Assembly: GCA_016840085.1 (NCBI GenBank)
Contig: JAEOTA010000054.1
Span: 64,001-128,000 of the forward strand
DNA from: Promethearchaeota archaeon
GTDB lineage: Archaea > Asgardarchaeota > Lokiarchaeia > Sigyniarchaeales > SOKP01
Reading direction: 5' to 3'
DNA length: 64,000 nt
In this document: in pieces, positions 49,861 through 58,386 of the stretch
How the letters are laid out: every line of letters begins with the position of its first letter
Numbering within the stretch: position 1 is the stretch's first letter
Position numbers and translations under genes: made by a program
Notes under the pieces: generated by a model
Database searches by the model: none
What the model saw: only the letters and a program-made list of their open reading frames with translations
Told to the model about the DNA's origin: nothing

Positions 49861-52131
49861 TTAATACAATTTTTTCTTAAGGTTTAGTTCTTGATTTAAT
49901 ATGTTATCAATTTTCTTGAAAATTAGTTTTAATTTTATTGATAAGATATTTTGAACTTTAAGTTTAGAAATTTTAATCTTGTCATTTTCAGATATCTCCT
50001 TGATTACTTGTATGGTTATTTCTTGTCCTTTTTTACCTAACTCTACTAATTTTTGATGGTTAGGAGACCTCGAATTAAATTTTCTAATAGGTATATCTAA
50101 TGGAAGTTTAAAAATATGTCTTGAACTTTTCATTATTTTGACTTGTCTAGTAAAAAAGTTTGAATTCAAGATTGCCGACAAATAATAAGCTTCATCAAGG
50201 TTATTAGCATCATAAAAACTTAAATCCCCCGTTATTAAGAAATTTCCTTGTATAACAGCAGCGTTTAGTGTAGAACCTGAATTGTTATAAACTACTTTGA
50301 TTTTAGATAGTTGTCTTGAATTTATTAATTTCCCCCATCTGTCCAAATTTTCCATTAAGGATTTATGTTTAGTTGTGACTTTTTTTTTCTCCAAATATAT
50401 GTTATTAATTTTATCATAGAATTTTTTAGCGTTTTTTGGTAAATCTGCATAATTATAGTTTAAATTTCCTTTTGAAAGTGGAAGAAACACTTGATAATAG
50501 TCATAAATGATAAATTTCACTAATTCTGTACTTTTCACCGCATTAAAAATATATTCCTTTTCAACAATCTCTCCTTTAAATTCTCTTTTAATCCAAGGAG
50601 GTTTTGCTTTTTTAAAAATTCTATCATCAGGATTGATCTTTACATGCCTCTCATTGATATTTTCAGGTGTAATAAAAATTAAATTTCTAGGGTTGAGATC
50701 TGCTCCCTTATGAAATAAATCCTTATAATATCCTTTTTTAGAAACGATTAACTTCTTACTTTCTTCAATTGATACAAATTTTTTAGTGAATAATCTATTA
50801 TTTTTTTTTTCTACTCCATATGGAATGAGAGTTCTTTTATCTTTTATCTCTAAATCAACCTGACTAAAATAGTCAAGGATCGATTCTTCATCTTTTATAG
50901 AATATTGTAAGGTTGGAATCTTCAGATTTAGGGAATCTTGAAGGTTATTTGATTTTTGGGCAAATAAGCAAATAAAATCAATATTAAAGATTCTTTCGAT
51001 ATTCTTATTAAATTCCCATATCCTGATATTCATAAACCCCTCAAAATTACGGAACCGAGAAGTGTGAGAACCTGTAATTACTCCTTTAGTAATTACAAAG
51101 AATATTTTTCCCTTATCTTTTAGATATAGGTTGGCTGACTGGTAGAAGAATATAGAAGATATCTCAATATTTAAAATATTTTTTGGCAGAGGTTTGATGT
51201 TTAATTGATCAGCCAACTTTTTTACTTTTTCTTGATATTCTATCGATTGAATATCACTATAAGTGTACCATGGTGGATTTCCAATAACTAGATCAAAACA
51301 ATTAGCAAATTTATTATGATTGGGGAATATTGAATCAAGTTTAAATAAATTAACTTTTATATCATGTATTAAATCTCTTAACAAATATAAAAGGTTAATT
51401 TTTGTAAGGTAAATAGATAAGGGATTTATGTCAAAACCGTATAGATTATTAAGTGCCATTATTTTTTGTTCATTACTTTTATTTGAGGCAAGTATGACTT
51501 TAACAATTTCTATCAAGAAATTTCCTGTTCCACAGCAAGGATCCAAAACATTTTCACCAATTATATACGTTGTTTCAACCATTTTTTTGACTAAGAAAGG
51601 TGGAGTATAATATTCACCAGTTTTATGGCGAATTAATGGAGAAATAAAGTTTTGAATGAAATAATCAAAAAAAAACTCAGGATCAATTTTTAAATTTGAT
51701 AGGTGATAATATAGTTTCTTAATAAGTTCATTAAATGCATTTATATCCTTTTCGATAGAAAGTGTTAAAATTGGTTCGAAATAATTAAATTCAAAAATTT
51801 TAATATTCTTATAGCTAGCTTCTACTTCTTCTATAATTTTCTTGTATTTTTCTATAGGATTATTCTGTTTAAATAAATAAGATTCATTTTTTAGAATATA
51901 CTTTGAAATCAATTCAAGACTTAATAAGTAAAGTAAAGATAAAGCAATATATAGCCGTATATTTACATATTCATTCCCGTATATATCTTTAAAATCTTGA
52001 ATCCATTGCTTGAATCCAATATTGTTATTAATCTCATTTTTGATTAAGATTTTTTCTAAATTTTTAATTCTATTAACTATAACTTGTAAATCCAAATTCT
52101 TATAGTTATTTATGGATAAATTATCGACCAA
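49861..52131 (-). CDS. N6-adenine DNA methyltransferase with large C-terminal target-recognition region
   Basis: GEYYTP, VLDPCCGTGNFL, GFDINP, VIGNPPW; C-terminal YYLSAILNS. Confidence 0.88.
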   Translation of the reverse strand: MVDNLSINNYKNLDLQVIVNRIKNLEKILIKNEINNNIGFKQWIQDFKDIYGNEYVNIRLYIALSLLYLLSLELISKYILKNESYLFKQNNPIEKYKKIIEEVEASYKNIKIFEFNYFEPILTLSIEKDINAFNELIKKLYYHLSNLKIDPEFFFDYFIQNFISPLIRHKTGEYYTPPFLVKKMVETTYIIGENVLDPCCGTGNFLIEIVKVILASNKSNEQKIMALNNLYGFDINPLSIYLTKINLLYLLRDLIHDIKVNLFKLDSIFPNHNKFANCFDLVIGNPPWYTYSDIQSIEYQEKVKKLADQLNIKPLPKNILNIEISSIFFYQSANLYLKDKGKIFFVITKGVITGSHTSRFRNFEGFMNIRIWEFNKNIERIFNIDFICLFAQKSNNLQDSLNLKIPTLQYSIKDEESILDYFSQVDLEIKDKRTLIPYGVEKKNNRLFTKKFVSIEESKKLIVSKKGYYKDLFHKGADLNPRNLIFITPENINERHVKINPDDRIFKKAKPPWIKREFKGEIVEKEYIFNAVKSTELVKFIIYDYYQVFLPLSKGNLNYNYADLPKNAKKFYDKINNIYLEKKKVTTKHKSLMENLDRWGKLINSRQLSKIKVVYNNSGSTLNAAVIQGNFLITGDLSFYDANNLDEAYYLSAILNSNFFTRQVKIMKSSRHIFKLPLDIPIRKFNSRSPNHQKLVELGKKGQEITIQVIKEISENDKIKISKLKVQNILSIKLKLIFKKIDNILNQELNLKKKLY

Positions 52132-52246
52132 AAACTAAAACTCCTCTTTCATTATTGCCTAACATAATCAATGAATTAATATTTAAATATTAATTAAATA
52201 TTTCAATATTATTTATTAGTCAAAAATTAATTGAAGAATCTCAATT

Positions 52247-52834
52247 TTGACATCAACAGAAATCAAGCTTTCCAAGAAACTTGAGAATGGAATTGAATTT
52301 TCTTGCCAGATGTGTGGTTCTTGTTGCAGGGGATTAAACGAAGGCGAAGTATATTTATATAAGGATGATATCCTTAGATTAGCTAATTTTTTAAATCTAA
52401 AGGATAAAAGCGGTTTAAGAGAATTTGCAAAAAAATATCTTAAAATTATTAATACATCTTTTTATTGGAAAGAACCAAAAGCACAAAGAGGAAAAACATA
52501 TAAATTTAAAACACTTGCTTTCAAATTTACAGGAGAGGATGAGCGTTGCCATTTCTTAGTGGATAATTCATGTAGGGTTCATGAACATAGACCATTCCAA
52601 TGTAGGTGTTTTCCTTTTTGGCAAATGATGGTCTCAAGTAGAAAGAATTTCATAGATTATACAAAGAAATGCAAAGGTCTACAAATTTCAAAAGGTAGAT
52701 TTTATTCAAAACAGGAAATATTGAGTTGGGCAAAAGCAGAAAATAAAATAGAAAAAAATTTCTTTTTAGAAATGAAGAAAAACAATTTTGATATTTTTAA
52801 AGTCTATCCTTTTTTATCAAAAGAAAAACTCTAA
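52247..52834 (+). CDS. YkgJ-family CxxCxxCC (Fe-S/Zn) protein
   Basis: FSCQMCGSCC, CHFL..C.VHE.RP.QCR.FPFW, C.G. Confidence 0.85.
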   Translation: MTSTEIKLSKKLENGIEFSCQMCGSCCRGLNEGEVYLYKDDILRLANFLNLKDKSGLREFAKKYLKIINTSFYWKEPKAQRGKTYKFKTLAFKFTGEDERCHFLVDNSCRVHEHRPFQCRCFPFWQMMVSSRKNFIDYTKKCKGLQISKGRFYSKQEILSWAKAENKIEKNFFLEMKKNNFDIFKVYPFLSKEKL

Positions 52835-52848
52835 AAGGAGGAATATTT

Positions 52849-53229
52849 ATGCCAAAAGGGCTAATTATAATGAAGTATAATAATAGAAGCGGAATAGACA
52901 TAAAAGCCAGTTTTCCACAGGAAGAATTGGATATAAATAGTGGAACTCTAATGAATATTTTTAGTCTACATGAATTTAGCAAACAAGCAGGAATAGCAAG
53001 CTTGACAGTAGGAGATATAAATATAGTAACTTATTATACTGGGGTAGATATGGATTATTTTATTATACTTTTATTAAATGTGCTTGAGAATCCAGAGGAT
53101 TATGAAGAAGGTTTACAGGAAATTTCTCAAATAATATTAAAAAATTTAGAAGAAGATAGATATTTAAATATGCTACCTTCTCTTTTTAAACAAATATCTG
53201 AAAATCCAAAGAAGAAAGAAAAGGATTAA
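52849..53229 (+). CDS. Small stand-alone longin-like protein
   Basis: MPKGLIIMKYNNRSG....ASFP, IVTYYTG, FIILLL...ENPEDYEE.L: beta-beta-alpha-beta-beta-beta-alpha-alpha pattern; GGAGG SD. Confidence 0.6.
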   Translation: MPKGLIIMKYNNRSGIDIKASFPQEELDINSGTLMNIFSLHEFSKQAGIASLTVGDINIVTYYTGVDMDYFIILLLNVLENPEDYEEGLQEISQIILKNLEEDRYLNMLPSLFKQISENPKKKEKD

Positions 53230-53361
53230 CTTTAAAATTTTATTTTTTAATATTGTAAGATTCTATTAATTAATTGTTAATTTTTATTACGAATAATTAT
53301 TAAAATAGAGACTTATTATAAGACATAGAGAAATTCTCTATTATTAAATGAGGAAAGAAAT

Positions 53362-55761
53362 TTGAAAGTAGGATTATTTGTGTGCGATTGCGGGAAGAAC
53401 ATTTCGGGAGTAATTGATACTAAAAAATTAATTGATAATTATTCAAATAATCCAGAGTATCCAGAAGTTTTTGTAATAGGAGATCAATATTTATGCTCAG
53501 AATTAGGCCTTAATAAGATAATTGATGAGATTAAAGAGAAAAAAATTGATAGAGTAGTGATTGCTGCATGTTCATTTAAGCTACATGGATTAGTATTTCG
53601 TAAAACTATTGAAAAAGCGGGTATTAATAGATTTTTAATATCTTTTGCGAATATTAGGGAGCAAAATTCATGGGTCCATGCAGATGATCCAGAAAAGGCA
53701 ACAAGAAAAGCTATTGATCAAATTAATATGAGTATAGAACAAGTTAAACTATTAGAGCCTTTAGAAGTTCAATATTCTGAAGTTGTTCCTTCTACTTTAA
53801 TTGTAGGGGGTGGAATTGCAGGTATCAAAGCTGCCTTAGTAATCGCAGATGCGGGTTATAAAGTATATTTAGTAGAGAGGGAACCAACAATTGGAGGACA
53901 TATGGCTCTATTCGATAAAACATTCCCTACTTTAGATTGTTCGATTTGTATTTTGGGCCCTTTGATGTCTGAGGTAAATGATAATCCAAATATAGAGCTT
54001 CTAACTTATTCTGAGCTAGAGAAAGTTGAAGGATATATTGGAAATTTTGATATTAAAATAAAGAAAAATCCTCGATTTATTAAAGAGGATGATTGTGTGG
54101 GGTGTATTGATATCTGTCGAGAAGTATGTCCAATAGATATAGAAGATACTTTTTTTCCACGAAAAGCAATTGATGTTCCTTATCCTCAAGCCATTCCATT
54201 ATACCCTAATATTTTAGAAGAATATTGTATAGGATGTAAAGCATGTGAACAAGCTTGTGATAGAGATGCAATTGATTTCAATCAGCCTCCTGAAATTATA
54301 GATATTCAAGTAGGATCAATTATAGTTGCTACTGGTTTAAAAACGTTTGATCCGTCTGTACTTGGAGAATATAATTATCAAAAACATCCAGACATTATAA
54401 CTTCAATGGAAACGGAAAGGTTACTTAATAATGATGGTCCTACGCATGGGAAAATTATAAGACCTTCAAATGGTAAACCACCAAAAAAAGTCTCCTTTAT
54501 TTTATGCGTGGGATCTCGCAATAAGCAAATACATCGTGAATATTGTAGTCAAGTGTGTTGTAATTCATCAATTAAACAAGCTGTTTTAATTAAAAAAGAA
54601 CATCCCGAAACTGAAATCAATATATATTATAATGACATTAGAGCTGTAAGTAAGAATTGTGAAGAATTTTATAATAGGGCTCGAGAAACATTTGGAATTA
54701 GATTTATAAAGAGTAATATCTCCGCAGTGTTAAAAAGTGACATATCAGACGAATTATTAGTAAGGGGAGAAGATATAATTGAAGATAAATTATTTGAAAA
54801 TAAAACAGATTTAGTGATATTAGCAGTTGGTATTGAACCCGCCGAGGGTACTGATGAGCTAAGTATATTACTAAACATCTCCCAAGATCCTTATGGATTT
54901 CTATTAGAGAAGCATTTAAAAGTAAAACCTTCTGAAAGTTCTGTTAATGGAATTTTCTTAGCTGGTGCAATTCAAGGACCAAAGGATATTCCTAACAGTA
55001 TTGCCCAAGCTGAGAGTGCTGCTGCAAAATCAATTGCTTTAATTGCTAAAGGTCAAGTAGAACTTGAACCCCACGTAGTAATTTTTTATCCTGATAAATG
55101 CAATCTCTGTAGATTATGTGAGAACATTTGTATGTTTAATGCTTTAAGTATTGAAGGTGATCAATTAAAAATTACTCAAGTTAATTGTACAGGCTGCGGA
55201 GCTTGTGCTGCTATGTGTCCTGAAGACGCTCTTTATATTCCAGGATTTACTAAAGCACAAATATCTACGCAAATACAGACAGTGTTAAAGAAAAAAAGTG
55301 AATCACCTTTAATTCTTGCTTATTTATGTAACTGGTGCTCATATTTAGGAGCTGATCTAGCTGGAACAAGTAAATTGACATATCCTACTAATGTAAGGAT
55401 AATTCATGTAATGTGTACGGCTATGCTTAATCCATCTTTAATTTTTGAAAGTTTTTTTTATGGAGCTGATGGAGTTCTTATTGCGGGGTGTTATCCTCAA
55501 GATTGTCATTACCAAGAGGGGTTTAATAAGGCTAGAATTAGATATGAAAGTATTAAAGAGATGTTAATAGAAGCGGGTATAAATGAACAACGGTTAAAAA
55601 TCACTAGTATTTCTGCTGGAGAAGGGGAAAAATTTGCTCGGACTATTGCAGAATTTAAGGAAGAATTAAATAATTTAGGGTCAATTCAGCCAAATGAATA
55701 TTCAAAATCTATTGCATATAAAGAAGAAGTGAAAGATAAAGCAAGATTGGATGAAATATAA
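53362..55761 (+). CDS. hdrA: HdrA (FAD/Fe-S) fused to a C-terminal MvhD-like [2Fe-2S] domain
   Basis: VGLFVCDCG, ANIREQ, VGGGIAG, KTFPTLDCSICI, CVGSR, YCSQVCC, GPKDI, ferredoxin motifs, then CNWCSY.GAD, VMC, GC...DCHY (MvhD). Confidence 0.93.
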   Translation: MKVGLFVCDCGKNISGVIDTKKLIDNYSNNPEYPEVFVIGDQYLCSELGLNKIIDEIKEKKIDRVVIAACSFKLHGLVFRKTIEKAGINRFLISFANIREQNSWVHADDPEKATRKAIDQINMSIEQVKLLEPLEVQYSEVVPSTLIVGGGIAGIKAALVIADAGYKVYLVEREPTIGGHMALFDKTFPTLDCSICILGPLMSEVNDNPNIELLTYSELEKVEGYIGNFDIKIKKNPRFIKEDDCVGCIDICREVCPIDIEDTFFPRKAIDVPYPQAIPLYPNILEEYCIGCKACEQACDRDAIDFNQPPEIIDIQVGSIIVATGLKTFDPSVLGEYNYQKHPDIITSMETERLLNNDGPTHGKIIRPSNGKPPKKVSFILCVGSRNKQIHREYCSQVCCNSSIKQAVLIKKEHPETEINIYYNDIRAVSKNCEEFYNRARETFGIRFIKSNISAVLKSDISDELLVRGEDIIEDKLFENKTDLVILAVGIEPAEGTDELSILLNISQDPYGFLLEKHLKVKPSESSVNGIFLAGAIQGPKDIPNSIAQAESAAAKSIALIAKGQVELEPHVVIFYPDKCNLCRLCENICMFNALSIEGDQLKITQVNCTGCGACAAMCPEDALYIPGFTKAQISTQIQTVLKKKSESPLILAYLCNWCSYLGADLAGTSKLTYPTNVRIIHVMCTAMLNPSLIFESFFYGADGVLIAGCYPQDCHYQEGFNKARIRYESIKEMLIEAGINEQRLKITSISAGEGEKFARTIAEFKEELNNLGSIQPNEYSKSIAYKEEVKDKARLDEI

Positions 55762-55918
55762 AATCTTAAGAAATGAAAATGATATTATAATTTCAATATC
55801 TATTACATATGAATATAATTTTTTTATTGGTATTTCTCTTATTATTTTTAGTAATGGTGAATATTATAATTATATCTAATGAAAATTCAAATTCAAATTT
55901 CCTAATAGTGAATCTTCT

Positions 55919-57205
55919 ATGAAAGTGAGAGCAATAACGATTGGAAATATTATACCCTTCTTATATAAAAATGAAACAATTTTATCTTTCTTACAAGAGA
56001 ACCTGAATAGTTTCTCAGCTTTAAATAATGAATTAATTCATGCGTTAGAACAAATTGGAATAAGTGTTGAAACCAAACGATTTTGTTCTCAACCACTTTT
56101 CAGTTTTGATAATAAACTTTTTTATGAAAAAAATTTAAAAGAGACTCTTGTAGAAATTACCAATCAGTTAAGTTTTTTACAAGATATTCTCAAAGATTAC
56201 GAATTTGACTACTTTGCATGTTGTATGATGCGAGGAGATCAAATTCAGGAGTTAGGGATTTTCGAAAAATTATTGTTAAGTGAAGTTTCAAATTTTATAA
56301 AAAATACAGATATCTTTTTTACTTCATTACCAGTTGCCTCTACACAAGAAGGAATCAATATTACCGCATTAAAATCTGGTGCTAAAATAATAAAGCAACT
56401 TTCAGAACCAGATCCATTTAAAAATTTAAATTTTTGTGTATCTGCCAATGTGGGTCCAAATTATCCATTTTTCCCTGCAGCATATCATTTTTCAGACAAA
56501 CCAGCATTTTCTCTTGCTTTAGAAATGGCAGACGAAGTAATAGATGCTATAGAAAACTCAAATAGTTTAAAGGACGCTCAATTTAATTTATTAGCAAAGT
56601 TTAATAAAATCTATGACGATATAACAAAAATTTGCGAGAAAATTGGACGAAATTTCGATATAGAATTTAAAGGAATAGATCTTTCTCCTGCACCCTTTCC
56701 GGAAATAGAAAAAAGTATTGGTACTGCCATAGAAAAATTAGGTGTTGAGTATTTTGGAGCTATTGGTACACTTACTGGAGTTGCGTTAATAAAAAACTCT
56801 ATACCCGTTGATAAAGAAAAAGTGATAGGATTTTCTGGTTTTATGCAGCCTGTGTTAGAAGACTTCATTTTATCTAAAAGATTGGCTGAAAATAAATTCA
56901 ACTTAGATTCACTTCTATTATATTCCACTATGTGTGGTACTGGTCTTGATGTTGTTCCATTACCAGGTGATATTACTGAACAAGAGTTGTTTTATATTTT
57001 ACTAGATATATGTACTATTTCTGTCACTTTAAACAAGCCCTTAACAGCTAGGTTAATGCCAATACCCGGAAGAGACATTGGTGATGATGTTGAGTTTGAT
57101 TTTGAGTATTTTGCACCTTCAAAGATTATTAACTTTCGAAGGCTAACTGGCGAAAATAAAAATGATTTATTTAATAGTAATGAAAAGACAATAAAATTCT
57201 TCTAA
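55919..57205 (+). CDS. DUF711/UPF0210 family protein
   Basis: MKVRAIT, PFFPAAYH, GIDLSPAP, GFSGFMQPVLED, CGTGLDVVPLPG, KPLTARLMP. Confidence 0.85.
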   Translation: MKVRAITIGNIIPFLYKNETILSFLQENLNSFSALNNELIHALEQIGISVETKRFCSQPLFSFDNKLFYEKNLKETLVEITNQLSFLQDILKDYEFDYFACCMMRGDQIQELGIFEKLLLSEVSNFIKNTDIFFTSLPVASTQEGINITALKSGAKIIKQLSEPDPFKNLNFCVSANVGPNYPFFPAAYHFSDKPAFSLALEMADEVIDAIENSNSLKDAQFNLLAKFNKIYDDITKICEKIGRNFDIEFKGIDLSPAPFPEIEKSIGTAIEKLGVEYFGAIGTLTGVALIKNSIPVDKEKVIGFSGFMQPVLEDFILSKRLAENKFNLDSLLLYSTMCGTGLDVVPLPGDITEQELFYILLDICTISVTLNKPLTARLMPIPGRDIGDDVEFDFEYFAPSKIINFRRLTGENKNDLFNSNEKTIKFF

Positions 57206-57282
57206 TAAAATTTTTTAGAAGACTTATCTAATTATCTTGTGAAGAGTTATTAATTTTGGAATAAAAAAATCCAAATTAAATA

Positions 57283-57729
57283 ATGAACAATAGAAGAAAA
57301 ATAAAAAGTTTAAAATTCTTCAATGAGGCTGCTGAATATCTTGATAAATTCAATACTAAAGATATTCTATTAAATGAAGGATTTGTAGGAAATAGATCCA
57401 ATACAAATTACCTCAGAGATGAAATGTTAATTGAATTAAGTAATCTGAGGAATATTATAGCAAACAATCCAGATTTAAAAATAGAATCATTAACAAAAGC
57501 AGAAAAGGAAACTTTTTTTGAATTTGTTAAGTTCTATCACTTATGTCCAATATGTGGAAATCAAAATCATTATTTTAATTTAAAGCAACTCTTTTTTGAC
57601 GAAGAGAAACAAGCTCTTAAACAAGAATTAATACGATTAATGAAGTATAAAAACAAGAAATTAAAGAAGTTTAATCTCAATTTAGGAGTTCCCTGTTGTG
57701 ATTGCTACAAAAAAATAATATCTGAATAA
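57283..57729 (+). CDS. Hypothetical protein with putative split Zn site
   Basis: CPICG..NH and GVPCCDCY. Confidence 0.7.
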   Translation: MNNRRKIKSLKFFNEAAEYLDKFNTKDILLNEGFVGNRSNTNYLRDEMLIELSNLRNIIANNPDLKIESLTKAEKETFFEFVKFYHLCPICGNQNHYFNLKQLFFDEEKQALKQELIRLMKYKNKKLKKFNLNLGVPCCDCYKKIISE

Positions 57730-57742
57730 TAAGATTATCTAA

Positions 57743-58075
57743 TTATTTTAAATAATCAACTACTTGTCCACTTTGAGTAATCTCGTAATAGATATTGTTT
57801 TCCTCTTCGATTTTTTTAATACAAAAAGCTTTGATTAAGTAATCCATATTATAATTAAGTGAAGACTCATCATTAATTACGGATTTATCTAAAAGAGCTT
57901 TAAGTAAATTCTCTTTAGAGATTTTTTTAACCCTATTAACTAGAATTAAGATTTTGCGTCGAATTGGATGATTTACGGCTTTAAGATATAAGGAGTGTAA
58001 GTATCTTGTGCCTTCTACAGTTTTCCCATATTCTTCCATTGATTTATAGTTTTTAAAATCGAATTCATCAGGCAT
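57743..58075 (-). CDS. ArsR-like winged-helix protein
   Basis: KAVNHPIRRKIL..L.Y..DYL..YEITQSG. Confidence 0.75.
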   Translation of the reverse strand: MPDEFDFKNYKSMEEYGKTVEGTRYLHSLYLKAVNHPIRRKILILVNRVKKISKENLLKALLDKSVINDESSLNYNMDYLIKAFCIKKIEEENNIYYEITQSGQVVDYLK

Positions 58076-58386
58076 AGTTCTGTAAAATCTTCTTAAAAAA
58101 AAAAATTTTTCTATTCAGATTATATTTTGTATTATTCCAATCTGCAATTTCTTGTATTGAGAAATCTTTTAGTTAGAATTTCTCAAAAATTCTAATACTT
58201 ATTTTTAGTTTCGGGCATAGAGGCTCGATGCGAAGAATACTCTCTTAATTTTCGATAAACGTTAACAGTCTGACTTAACATTTTCCAGATTAAATAATTC
58301 TAGTGAAATTTCTTTCTGTATGAAAATTATAATATATTTATATACAAACTTGAATTATTGTATAATTGGACAAGAGAGGCGATTAA

